A stretch of DNA of 64,000 nt from Escherichia coli. GTDB lineage: Bacteria > Pseudomonadota > Gammaproteobacteria > Enterobacterales > Enterobacteriaceae. A model generated the notes under the pieces. That model was not told the origin of the DNA, made no database searches, and saw only the letters and a program-made list of their open reading frames with translations. A program made the position numbers and the translations under genes. Below are positions 43,659-54,288 of the stretch, piece by piece. Numbering within the stretch: position 1 is the stretch's first letter; the number at the start of each line of letters is the position of its first letter. The stretch is taken from NCBI RefSeq assembly GCF_048403405.1, contig NZ_CP183129.1, one strand, 5' to 3'.

Positions 43659-46600
43659 ATGAACAGGACCAGTCCCCATTATTGTCGCCGCTCAGTACTT
43701 TCCTTATTGATATCTGCCTTGATATATGCTCCGCCCGTGATGGCGGCCTTTACTACTAATGTTATTGGTGTGGTAAACGATGAGACTGTAGATGGCAGTC
43801 AAAAAGTAGATGAACGAGGTACAACAAATAATACTCATATTATCAACCATGGCCAGCAGGATGTTTATGGTGGGATATCTAACGGAAGTATTATTGAATC
43901 TGGTGGATATCAAGATGTAGGAAGGCATAACAATTATATGGGGCAGTCTAATAATACAACCATTAACGGGGGCAGACAGTCAATTCATGACGGAGGGATT
44001 TCCACAGGTACAATAATTGAGAGTGGCAATCAGGACGTTTATACAGGTGGTATCAGCAATGGAACGACAATTAAGGGTGGTAATTCACACATAAGTGGGG
44101 GGACTGCGAATGGAACCATCATTGATGGTGGAGGGCAGACAGTAACAACTCAGGGGCATGTTGATGGTACAACGATAAATAAGTCCGGTTATCAGGACAT
44201 CACGCAAGGAAGTCTGGCGACGAACACAACCATAAATGGTGGTCGACAGTATGTTGAACAGAGCACAGTAGAAACAACCACCATTAAAAATGGCGGTGAG
44301 CAAAGAGTATATGAGAGCCGTGCGCTGGACACGACGATTGAAGGCGGAACTCAGTCTCTGAATAGTAAGTCAACGGCAAAAAATACTCAGATCTATTCTG
44401 GTGGTACGCAAATTGTTGATTACACCAGCACCTCGGATGTTATTGAAGTTTATTCCGGTGGCGTGCTTGATGTTAGTGGTGGTACGGCAACAAATGTTAC
44501 CCAGCACGATGGTGCAATTTTAAAAACAAACACTAACGGTACGACGGTGAGCGGTACGAATAGTGAAGGGGCATTCTCCATCCACAATACCGTGGCAGAG
44601 AATGTGTTGCTGGAAAACGGTGGTCATTTAGACATAAACGCATATGGTTCGGCAAATAAGACGATTATTAAAGATAAAGGAACAATATCAGTTTTAACGA
44701 ATGCTAAAGCTGATGCGACCCGAATAGATAATGGCGGCGTTATGGATGTTGCCGGAAACGCGACAAATACCATAATTAATGGTGGCACACAGAATATTAA
44801 TAATTATGGTATTGCCACGGGCACCAATATCAACAGCGGAACACAAAATATCAAGAGCGGCGGGAAAGCTGACACGACAAATATATCCTCTGGGAGCCGG
44901 CAGGTTGTTGAGAAAGATGGTACGGCAACTGGCAGCAATATTAGCGCCGGAGGCTCGCTGATTGTCTATACCGGCGGTATTGCACATGGGGTTAACCAGG
45001 AGACGGGCAGTGCTTTAGTTGCCAACACGGGCGCAGGGACTGATATCGAAGGATACAATAAGCTCTCTCACTTCACTATTACCGGAGGTGAGGCTAATTA
45101 TGTTGTGCTGGAAAATACCGGCGAACTGACGGTAATGGCTAAAACCTCGGCGAAAAATACTACCATTGATGCTGGCGGTAAGCTGATTGTCCAGAAGGAG
45201 GCTAAAACAGATAGCACCAGACTTAATAATGGTGGCGTTCTGGAGGTTCAGGACGGTGGTGAGGCTAAGCATGTTGAGCAGCAATCCGGCGGCGCATTAA
45301 TTGCTTCCACGACCTCCGGAACACTTATCGAAGGAACCAACAGTTATGGTGATGCTTTCTACATCAGGAATTCAGAAGCTAAAAATGTAGTGCTGGAAAA
45401 CGCTGGCTCATTAACAGTCGTCACTGGTTCCCGGGCAGTTGACACGATTATTAATGCCAACGGCAAAATGGATGTTTATGGAAAAGATGTTGGTACTGTA
45501 CTTAATAGTGCTGGTACCCAAACAATATATGCCAGTGCCACTTCTGAAAAAGCAAATATCAAAGGTGGCAAGCAAACGGTATATGGTTTAGCCACTGAGG
45601 CAAATATCGAAAGTGGTGAACAAATTGTTGATGGTGGGTCAGCAGATAAAACGCACATCAATGGCGGTACGCAAACCGTTCAGAATTATGGTAAGGCGAT
45701 CAATACCGATATCGTCTCTGGCCTACAACAAATTATGGTAAACGGGACAACGGAAGGTTCCATTATTAATGGCGGTTCACAGGTAGTTAATGAGGGCGGT
45801 CTGGCTGAAAACTCGGTGCTTAATGACGGCGGCACTCTCGATGTGCGGGAGAAAGGCAGCGCAACGGGGATACAGCAAAGTAGCCAGGGCGCGTTGGTTG
45901 CAACCACCAGAGCGACGCGGGTCACAGGGACACGCGCTGATGGCGTCGCGTTCAGCATTGAGCAGGATGCGGCGAACAATATCCTGCTGGCAAATGGCGG
46001 CGTGTTAACCGTGGAGTCAGACACCACTTCCGCCAAAACACAGGTCAATGCGGGCGGGCGGGAGATCGTCAAAACAAAAGCCACTGCGACAGGCACGACG
46101 CTCACCGGCGGCGAACAAATCGTCGAGGGGGTGGCGAATGAGACAACGATTAACGACGGCGGAATACAAACAGTTTCGGCTAACGGTGAGGCAGTAAAAA
46201 CAACGATTAATGAAGGCGGTACGCTGACAGTCAACGATAATGGCAAAGCGACAGATATCATCCAGAACAGCGGTGCCGCTCTCCAGACGAGCACGGCTAA
46301 CGGTATTGAAATCAGCGGTACTCACCAGTACGGCACCTTTTCCATTGCCGGAAATTTAGCGACCAATGCGTTGCTGGAAAATGGCGGTAATTTATTGGTA
46401 TTAGCAGGTACCGAAGCCCGTGACTCCACGGTTGGCAAGGGTGGTGCAATACAAAACCTGGGTCAGGACTTCGCCACAAAGGTTAATTCTGGTGGACAAT
46501 ATACCCTCGGTCGGTCAAAAGATGAGTTTCAGGCTTTGGCCCGGGCAGAAGATCTACAGATCGCTGGCGGGACGGCAATCGTCTACGCAGGTACGCTGGC

Positions 46601-48233
46601 GGATGCATCGGTCAGTGGCGCGACAGGAAGCCTGTCGTTAATGACGCCACGGGATAATGTTACGCCAGTTAAACTTGAAGGGGTGGTCCGGATTACCGAT
46701 AGCGCGACATTAACTATCGGAAATGGCGTCGATACGACGCTTGCCGACCTGACGGCTGCCAGTCGGGGCAGTGTCTGGCTTAACAGCAATAATTCCTGTG
46801 CAGGCACCAGCAACTGCGAATATAGAGTAAACAGTTTACTCCTCAACGACGGTGATGTTTATTTATCAGCACAAACAGCAGCGCCTGCCACAACTAACGG
46901 TATCTACAATACGCTGACCACCAGTGAACTTTCCGGCAGCGGTAATTTCTACCTGCATACCAACGTTGCAGGCTCCCGGGGCGATCAACTGGTCGTCAAC
47001 AACAACGCCACTGGCAATTTTAAAATCTTTGTTCAGGATACCGGCGTCAGCCCTCAGTCTGACGACGCGATGACGCTGGTGAAAACAGGGGGAGGGGATG
47101 CTTCGTTTACGCTGGGTAATACCGGCGGTTTCGTTGATCTTGGGACCTATGAGTATGTCCTGAAAAGCGACGGCAACAGCAACTGGAACCTGACCAATGA
47201 TGTCAAACCCAACCCGGACCCCAACCCAAATCCGAAACCGGATCCAAAACCAGACCCAAAACCGGATCCGAAACCAGACCCGACTCCCGATCCAACGCCG
47301 ACACCCGTCCCGGAGAAACGCATCACGCCTTCTACGGCAGCCGTACTCAATATGGCAGCAACATTACCGTTGGTCTTTGATGCTGAGCTAAACAGTATTC
47401 GCGAGCGGTTGAACATAATGAAAGCGAGTCCACACAACAATAATGTCTGGGGGACGACGTATAACACCCGTAATAATGTCACCACCGATGCGGGTGCCGG
47501 GTTTGAGCAGACGCTGACCGGAATGACGGTGGGGATCGATAGCCGTAATGATATTCCTGAGGGGATTGCGACGCTGGGCGCTTTTATGGGTTATTCCCAT
47601 TCACATATTGGTTTTGATCGTGGAGGGCATGGCAGTGTGGGCAGTTATTCTCTGGGGGGCTATGCCAGCTGGGAACATGAAAGTGGTTTCTATCTGGACG
47701 GTATCGTGAAGCTGAACCGCTTTGAAAGTAACGTAGCCGGTAAAATGAGCAGCGGTGGAGCCGCCAACGGCAGTTATCGCAGCAACGGGCTGGGCGGTCA
47801 CATTGAAACCGGGATGCGATTTACCGATGGTAACTGGAACCTGACGCCGTATGCATCGTTAACGGGGTTCACCGCTGATAACCCCGAATATCATTTATCC
47901 AATGGCATGGAATCGAAATCAGTCGATACCCGTAGTATATATCGTGAACTGGGCGCAACGCTGAGTTACAACATGCGTCTGGGGAACGGCATGGAAGTTG
48001 AGCCGTGGCTGAAGGCGGCTGTGCGCAAAGAATTTGTCGATGATAACCGGGTGAAAGTGAATAATGACGGTAATTTTGTCAATGATTTGTCGGGCAGACG
48101 TGGAATATACCAGGCAGGTATTAAAGCCTCATTCAGCAGTACGTTAAGCGGACATCTCGGGGTGGGGTATAGCCATGGTGCCGGTGTGGAATCCCCGTGG
48201 AACGCGGTGGCTGGTGCGAACTGGTCGTTCTGA
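43659..48233 (+). CDS. ypjA: Adhesin-like autotransporter (type Va secretion) with repetitive passenger domain
   Basis: ORF track 43530-48233; likely start ATG 43659 (or 43650) giving signal peptide MNRTSPHYCRRSVLSLLISALIYAPPVMA; Gly/Thr/Asn-rich repetitive passenger, Pro-rich PNPDPNPNPKPDPKPDP linker (about 47200-47310) and C-terminal beta-barrel ending ..AGANWSF. Confidence 0.75.
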   Translation: MNRTSPHYCRRSVLSLLISALIYAPPVMAAFTTNVIGVVNDETVDGSQKVDERGTTNNTHIINHGQQDVYGGISNGSIIESGGYQDVGRHNNYMGQSNNTTINGGRQSIHDGGISTGTIIESGNQDVYTGGISNGTTIKGGNSHISGGTANGTIIDGGGQTVTTQGHVDGTTINKSGYQDITQGSLATNTTINGGRQYVEQSTVETTTIKNGGEQRVYESRALDTTIEGGTQSLNSKSTAKNTQIYSGGTQIVDYTSTSDVIEVYSGGVLDVSGGTATNVTQHDGAILKTNTNGTTVSGTNSEGAFSIHNTVAENVLLENGGHLDINAYGSANKTIIKDKGTISVLTNAKADATRIDNGGVMDVAGNATNTIINGGTQNINNYGIATGTNINSGTQNIKSGGKADTTNISSGSRQVVEKDGTATGSNISAGGSLIVYTGGIAHGVNQETGSALVANTGAGTDIEGYNKLSHFTITGGEANYVVLENTGELTVMAKTSAKNTTIDAGGKLIVQKEAKTDSTRLNNGGVLEVQDGGEAKHVEQQSGGALIASTTSGTLIEGTNSYGDAFYIRNSEAKNVVLENAGSLTVVTGSRAVDTIINANGKMDVYGKDVGTVLNSAGTQTIYASATSEKANIKGGKQTVYGLATEANIESGEQIVDGGSADKTHINGGTQTVQNYGKAINTDIVSGLQQIMVNGTTEGSIINGGSQVVNEGGLAENSVLNDGGTLDVREKGSATGIQQSSQGALVATTRATRVTGTRADGVAFSIEQDAANNILLANGGVLTVESDTTSAKTQVNAGGREIVKTKATATGTTLTGGEQIVEGVANETTINDGGIQTVSANGEAVKTTINEGGTLTVNDNGKATDIIQNSGAALQTSTANGIEISGTHQYGTFSIAGNLATNALLENGGNLLVLAGTEARDSTVGKGGAIQNLGQDFATKVNSGGQYTLGRSKDEFQALARAEDLQIAGGTAIVYAGTLADASVSGATGSLSLMTPRDNVTPVKLEGVVRITDSATLTIGNGVDTTLADLTAASRGSVWLNSNNSCAGTSNCEYRVNSLLLNDGDVYLSAQTAAPATTNGIYNTLTTSELSGSGNFYLHTNVAGSRGDQLVVNNNATGNFKIFVQDTGVSPQSDDAMTLVKTGGGDASFTLGNTGGFVDLGTYEYVLKSDGNSNWNLTNDVKPNPDPNPNPKPDPKPDPKPDPKPDPTPDPTPTPVPEKRITPSTAAVLNMAATLPLVFDAELNSIRERLNIMKASPHNNNVWGTTYNTRNNVTTDAGAGFEQTLTGMTVGIDSRNDIPEGIATLGAFMGYSHSHIGFDRGGHGSVGSYSLGGYASWEHESGFYLDGIVKLNRFESNVAGKMSSGGAANGSYRSNGLGGHIETGMRFTDGNWNLTPYASLTGFTADNPEYHLSNGMESKSVDTRSIYRELGATLSYNMRLGNGMEVEPWLKAAVRKEFVDDNRVKVNNDGNFVNDLSGRRGIYQAGIKASFSSTLSGHLGVGYSHGAGVESPWNAVAGANWSF

Positions 48234-48244
48234 CCATCAACGAA

Positions 48245-48267
48245 AAAGCCCACATCTGTGGGCTTTC
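48245..48267 (+). terminator. Candidate intrinsic terminator after ypjA
   Basis: aaaaagcccacatctgtgggcttt hairpin (8-bp stem) 12 nt after the ypjA stop. Confidence 0.45.
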
Positions 48268-48393
48268 ATATCACCAAGAGCCGCGGCTCCTTTGCGTATC
48301 CTTTTATGTCTCCTCACCGTCTGGTCGGTGTCTTGCTGAGACTTCTAACTTCCTGTTTTTGTTGGTGTTGTCCTTGCACCGTCCAATCATGAT

Positions 48394-48756
48394 TGGTGGA
48401 GCTGGCGGGAGTTGAACCCGCGTCCGAAATTCCTACGTCCTCGGTACTACATGCTTAGTCAGTCTTTACATTCGCTTGCCAGCTGCGGACGGACACGCCA
48501 CTAACAAACTAGCCTGATTAAGTTTTAACGCTTCAACCCCAGGCAGGGCTTCCACGCGATCTCTTTTGGGTTTGACCTCTCTTGATCCCCGTCCTAAGAG
48601 CGGAGGCTAGGGAGAGAGGGCTCTAAGCAGGTTATTAAGCTGCTAAAGCGTAGTTTTCGTCGTTTGCGACTATTTTTTGCGGCTTTTTACGAGGCCAACC
48701 GCCCCTCGGCATGCACCTTGGGTTTCGCAAATCCCGTCGAATCCAGAATCAGCCCC
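48394..48756 (-). ncRNA. ssrA: tmRNA (SsrA, 10Sa RNA)
   Basis: 363 nt; minus-strand sequence begins ggggctgattctggattcgacggg and ends ..ctcccgccagctccacca; contains the tag ORF gcaaacgacgaaaactacgctttagcagcttaa (ANDENYALAA). Confidence 0.97.
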
Positions 48757-48970
48757 AATGTGTAACGGTAAGTATACCAGATTCATGAGTGCCATGACCA
48801 GCCTCAATGGCGTTATCGTTAAAGATTTATCACCCATGTAGCCTGATTTTTATTCGATTAAGCAATGGGATGGCAACATTTGGGTCGGATGTGATAGCCA
48901 ATAAGATGTGCATTCGCGCCGCCGGAGAGGGAGGCGCGGTGAGGAGCGGATCAATAATTGCAGTGCAGGT

Positions 48971-49453
48971 TTAACGGTGGGCGTTTTTCATGATACGCGC
49001 TTTATCCACCTGCCATTCGCGTTCTTTGATATCTGAACGTTTATCATGCTGTTTCTTACCTTTGGCGACGCCGATTTTCACTTTGCACCAGGCATTTTTC
49101 CAGTACAGGGAGAGCGCCACTACGGTATAGCCTTCTCGATTGACGCGACCGTACAATGAGTCCAGTTCGCGCTGGTTGAGAAGTAACTTGCGGGTACGGG
49201 TAGGATCGCACACCACATGCGTGGAGGCCACAGCCATTGGCGTGATGTTAGCTCCAAACAGAAATGCCTCTCCGTCACGCAGAAGGACGTAGCTGTCGCT
49301 GATATTGGCTTTTCCTGCGCGCAGGGATTTAACCTCCCAGCCTTGCAGGGCAAGTCCCGCCTCGAACTCTTCTTCGATAAAGTATTCGTGACGGGCGCGC
49401 TTGTTAAGCGCGATGGTCGCTGAACCAGGTTTATGTGCTTTTTTCTTCGTCAT
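48971..49453 (-). CDS. smpB: SsrA-binding protein SmpB
   Basis: 160-aa [50 protein letters not shown]..; immediately upstream of ssrA. Confidence 0.96.
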
Positions 49454-49584
49454 AAGCGTCGTGAATCATCGGTAATCTGAAATCGAAAACACCCCATATC
49501 AATCCTGCGGGGGACAAGGCTCTATCTTAGCATGAACCCGATGTTACCCAGCGCCGGGATAGCGTTTTTTTTACAGCAGGATAA

Positions 49585-50061
49585 ATGATATTATTTGTTG
49601 GATTTTTGTTGATGGAAATTGTTATGCCTCAGATTAGCCGGACCGCACTGGTACCCTACAGCGCGGAGCAAATGTATCAGTTAGTGAATGACGTTCAGTC
49701 TTATCCTCAGTTTTTGCCGGGTTGTACCGGAAGTCGGATTCTGGAGTCCACTCCTGGGCAGATGACTGCGGCGGTAGATGTCTCTAAGGCTGGGATCAGC
49801 AAAACGTTTACTACCCGCAACCAGTTGACCAGTAACCAAAGTATTCTTATGAATCTGGTGGATGGGCCGTTCAAGAAATTGATCGGTGGATGGAAGTTTA
49901 CGCCGCTGAGCCAGGAGGCGTGTCGTATCGAGTTTCATCTCGATTTTGAGTTTACCAATAAGTTGATTGAACTCGCCTTTGGTCGCGTGTTTAAAGAGCT
50001 GGCGGCTAATATGGTCCAGGCTTTTACGGTTCGTGCGAAAGAGGTTTACAGTGCCAGGTAA
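49585..50061 (+). CDS. ratA: Ribosome association toxin RatA (SRPBCC/polyketide cyclase-like)
   Basis: 158-aa ORF; conserved core from [21 protein letters not shown].. (alternative ATG at 49624); divergent from smpB as in E. coli. Confidence 0.85.
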
Positions 50062-50341
50062 AATTGCCGTTGAGGTGGCTTATGCGCTACCTGAGAAGCA
50101 GTACCTGCAGCGCGTGACGCTGCAGGAGGGAGCGACGGTTGAAGAAGCTATTCGCGCCAGTGGTTTGCTGGAATTGCGTACCGATATCGATTTAACTAAA
50201 AACAAAGTCGGCATTTACAGCCGTCCGGCCAAACTGAGCGATACCGTGCATGATGGCGATAGGGTGGAGATTTATCGTCCTCTCATTGCCGATCCGAAAG
50301 AGCTGCGCAGGCAACGAGCAGAAAAATCAGCGAATAAATAA
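50051..50341 (+). CDS. ratB: UPF0125 protein RatB (YfjF)
   Basis: GTG start at 50051 overlapping the ratA 3' end gives 96 aa (V/M)[21 protein letters not shown]..; ORF track lists a longer 49967-50341 frame. Confidence 0.75.
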
Positions 50342-50348
50342 CAGACAG

Positions 50349-50377
50349 AAAAAAGGTGCTCATTGAGCACCTTTTTT
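50349..50377. terminator. Bidirectional intrinsic terminator between ratB and bamE
   Basis: aaaaa-ggtgctca-t-tgagcacc-tttttt: GC stem flanked by an A-run and a T-run. Confidence 0.7.
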
Positions 50378-50402
50378 AACGTCTTTGAGAGCAACTTTAT
50401 TA

Positions 50403-50744
50403 TTAGTTACCACTCAGCGCAGGTTTATTATCAATATTGGTCAACACCCCGCTACTATTAAAGGTCAGCGTCAGCGTTTGCTGCGTTACACCTTCATGAC
50501 CTGGTTGCTGGCGGAAGACATAGAACCAGGTATTCGTACCAAATGGATCGGACATCAGCGGTGTACCCAATGCGTACGCAACTTGTTGTTGCGTCATGCC
50601 AACGCGTATTTTGGATACGTCGTTAGCGGTCAGATAGTTCCCCTGGTTGATGTCAGGACGGTAAACCACTCGCTCCAGAGTGGAACAGCCTGCGGTCAAC
50701 ATCAATAGTACTGCTGCTGCAGCAGTCAGCGTTTTACAGCGCAT
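50403..50744 (-). CDS. bamE: Outer membrane protein assembly factor BamE (SmpA/OmlA lipoprotein)
   Basis: 113-aa ORF with lipoprotein signal and lipobox LTAGC. Confidence 0.93.
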
Positions 50745-50892
50745 AGTGATTTGATTCCTTTTCGGGCCCGAGCAGTACGTGGCTCATCTGTAATATGCCG
50801 ATGATAATAGACCTTTCATCACTTTAAAACCTTTTGCTTTCCGGTCTTACGGCGTTTTGCTGTTTACTCTGACCGTGAAGCAGGAAAAAAGT

Positions 50893-52554
50893 TTACGCCG
50901 CAAGTAGTTCTTTCGCATTCGCCAGTGTGTTACGTGTGACTTCACTGCCACCAAGCAGGCGCGCCAGCTCTTGTAACCGCGCTTTTTTATCCAGGGATTG
51001 CATATGCGTTTCTGTCATCGCACCATCGGTTTCTTTGCTGACAAAATAGTGTTGATGACCACATCCCGCGACTTGTGGCAAGTGGGTAACACACATCACC
51101 TGAGTTGATTCGCCAAGTTGACGCAGCAGTTTGCCGACAACTGCCGCTGTTGGACCGCTAATCCCTACATCCACTTCATCAAAAATCAGTGCCGGGGTTT
51201 CCATTTTACGCGCCGTGATGACCTGAATTGCCAATGCGATGCGTGACAATTCACCACCGGATGCGACTTTGGCAATAGGCTGCATTGGCTGACCTGGGTT
51301 GGTGGTTACCCGAAATTCAATACGATCAGCGCCGTCAGCGCCCAGGTGATGCTCGTCAAATTTAACATCAATCGTAAACTGCCCATGCGGCATAGAGAGT
51401 GCATGCATACTGTCGGTGATCAGCTGTGCAAGTTCTTCTGCATAGTGCTGGCGTTGCTGGTGTAATGCGTGCGCGGTTTCCAGTGCCTGCTGATGATGTT
51501 TCGTTACCGCCAGCGCGAGCGTTTCTTGTGAGTCGGCCTGATCGTCCAGTTGCTGCTGTTCTTCCAGTAGCGACTGGTAATACTGTGGCAATGCCTCAGG
51601 GCTGACGTGATGTTTACGTGCCAGCGAAATCTGTTTTGAGATGCGCTGTTCAAGTTCAAACAGTCGGTTGGGATCGAGATCCAGACGATCGCAGTAGTGG
51701 CGCAGTTCATCGCTGGCTTCAGCAATCTGGATGGTAGCTTCTTCCAGCATATCAAGTACGCCGGACAGTTTGCTGTCCATGCCAATCAATTCGCTCACCA
51801 GTTGTTTAGCCGTGTAAAGCTGACTTTGCAGGTTTGCGTCTTCACCGTCGGCCATTACTGCCAATGCATTCTGGCTGGTAGTCAGCAATTGACCGCTGTT
51901 CGCCAGACGTTTGTACTCTTCGTCGATTTGCTCAAACTCTCCGGGCTGCGGATTAAATTCGTTAAGTTCTTTTAATTGGTATTGCAGCAGTTCCGCACGG
52001 GCGGCGCGTTCCTGACTTAACTGTTGATGATGCGCGAGGTCACGGCAGCTTTGATGCCACAACTGATAACGTGCGGTCATTTCCTGGAGCAGAGAGGTTT
52101 CATTGGCATAGCCATCAAGCAGGAATTTTTGGTGCTCGGGTTTGGTGAGTAACTGATGGGCGTGCTGACCATGGATCTGAATCAACAACTGGCCCAGTTC
52201 GCGAAGTTGTGACAGAGGAACAGCTGTACCGTTGATAAAACCTCGTGAGCGACCATCGCTACTGATTACGCGACGAAGCAAACATTCATGACCGTCTTCA
52301 AGCTGGTTTTCTTCCAGCCAGCGCAGGGCCGCTGGCGTATCTTTCAGAGAAAAACGGGCGCACAGGTCGGCACGAGCAGCGCCGGTACGCACCATGTCGG
52401 CTTCAGCGCGACCACCGAGACAAAGGCCGAGGGCATCTATTGCAATAGATTTACCCGCGCCGGTCTCGCCAGTTATTACGGTCATGCCGCTATGAAAATC
52501 AATCTCAAGCTCACGAACGATAGCAAAGTTGCTGATGGTCAGTTGTGCCAACAT
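50893..52554 (-). CDS. recN: DNA repair protein RecN (SMC-like ATPase)
   Basis: 553-aa ORF with Walker A GETGAGKS and coiled-coil middle region. Confidence 0.95.
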   Translation of the reverse strand: MLAQLTISNFAIVRELEIDFHSGMTVITGETGAGKSIAIDALGLCLGGRAEADMVRTGAARADLCARFSLKDTPAALRWLEENQLEDGHECLLRRVISSDGRSRGFINGTAVPLSQLRELGQLLIQIHGQHAHQLLTKPEHQKFLLDGYANETSLLQEMTARYQLWHQSCRDLAHHQQLSQERAARAELLQYQLKELNEFNPQPGEFEQIDEEYKRLANSGQLLTTSQNALAVMADGEDANLQSQLYTAKQLVSELIGMDSKLSGVLDMLEEATIQIAEASDELRHYCDRLDLDPNRLFELEQRISKQISLARKHHVSPEALPQYYQSLLEEQQQLDDQADSQETLALAVTKHHQQALETAHALHQQRQHYAEELAQLITDSMHALSMPHGQFTIDVKFDEHHLGADGADRIEFRVTTNPGQPMQPIAKVASGGELSRIALAIQVITARKMETPALIFDEVDVGISGPTAAVVGKLLRQLGESTQVMCVTHLPQVAGCGHQHYFVSKETDGAMTETHMQSLDKKARLQELARLLGGSEVTRNTLANAKELLAA

Positions 52555-52580
52555 AGTTGTTTTCCTGTATGAAAAACCAT

Positions 52581-52622
52581 TACTGTTATTGTGTACAGTA
52601 TAAACTGGTTTTATATACAGTA
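52581..52622 (-). promoter_or_regulatory. recN promoter region with two LexA boxes
   Basis: tactgttattgtgtacagta (52581-52600) and aactggttttatatacagta (52603-52622) fit CTGT-N8-ACAG 27-68 bp upstream of recN ATG. Confidence 0.75.
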
Positions 52623-52639
52623 AAGAGGCTGGCGTAAAA

Positions 52640-53518
52640 TTAGAATAATTTTTTTGACCAGCCGAGCTTGGTGCTTAATGTATTGAAATAACTGTAATCT
52701 TTCGGATGAATCAGATTCAGATGGTAATCACAGCGACGAATCAGGACATCTTCACCTTCCTGAATCGGCAGTGCTATCTGGCTGTCGCAACTGATTTCCA
52801 GGTCGTTACGGCGATGCGAAAAACGCAGACGGATCGTGCTGCTGCTGTTTATCACCAGCGGTCGCGCTGACAACGTATGCGGGAACATGGGCACCAGGGT
52901 AATCGCATCCAGAGAGGGTGTCAGAATAGGACCGCCCGCAGAGAGGGAATAGGCGGTGGAGCCTGTTGGCGTCGAAATAATCAGGCCATCAGAACGCTGA
53001 GAAAACGCAAAGATCTCGTCGATATACACTTCGAACTCAATCATATGCGCCACTTTGCCAGGATGAAGTACCACTTCGTTAATCGCCGTGCTGATGCGTT
53101 TCTGGCAATCTTGCTGACAAACTTGCGCTTCCAGCAAAAAACGTTTCTCGCTGATGTAGTGGCCTTCCAGCACATCGGCTAACTGTTGCTGGGCGTTATC
53201 GGGATCAAGGTCGGTCAGGAAACCCAGGTTGCCACGGTTGATTCCAATAACTTTAATATCGTAACGGGCGAGTGTGCGTGCCGCGCCCAGCATATTACCG
53301 TCGCCACCAACGACTACCGCGAGATCAGCCAGTTGCCCAATCTCCGCGAGCGTGCCAGTTTTCACATTCTTCAGTTGCAGTTCGTGAGCGATTTGCTGCT
53401 CAACGATGACCTCGTAACCTTTTGTGCACAGCCAGCGGTAGAGCATTTCATGTGTTGTCAGTGCAGTGGGGTGCCGTGGGTGTCCCACAATGCCAATACA
53501 CTTGAAATGATTATTCAT
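52640..53518 (-). CDS. nadK: NAD kinase
   Basis: 292-aa ORF with GGDG motif (..[16 protein letters not shown]..). Confidence 0.95.
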
Positions 53519-53566
53519 TTTTCCGAGGTCCTTGTTGCGAAGATTGATGACAATGTGAGTGCTTCC

Positions 53567-53596
53567 CTTGAAACCCTGAAACTGATCCCCATAATA
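53567..53596 (+). promoter_or_regulatory. Sigma32 (heat-shock) promoter of grpE
   Basis: cttgaaa (-35) at 53567-53573, 13-nt spacer, ccccataat (-10) about 45 nt upstream of grpE ATG; matches sigma32 consensus CTTGAAA / CCCCATNT. Confidence 0.7.
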
Positions 53597-53607
53597 AGCG
53601 AAGTTAG

Positions 53608-54234
<627 letters not shown>

Positions 54235-54255
54235 TTTCTGTTTTCGTAATAATTC

Positions 54256-54288
54256 ACGGCCCTGCATGCGAATGCAGGGCCGTTTTCG
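54256..54288. terminator. Bidirectional terminator between grpE and yfjD
   Basis: Perfect 12-bp stem acggccctgcat/atgcagggccgt with gcga loop followed by tttcgtt. Confidence 0.7.

Noticed and set aside
47200-47320. Tandem short repeats (ccaaaaccagac/ccgaaaccggat-like units) that looked like a possible VNTR or CRISPR-like array
   Set aside because: They are in frame inside ypjA and encode a PNPDP/KPDP linker; units are contiguous with no spacers, so not CRISPR
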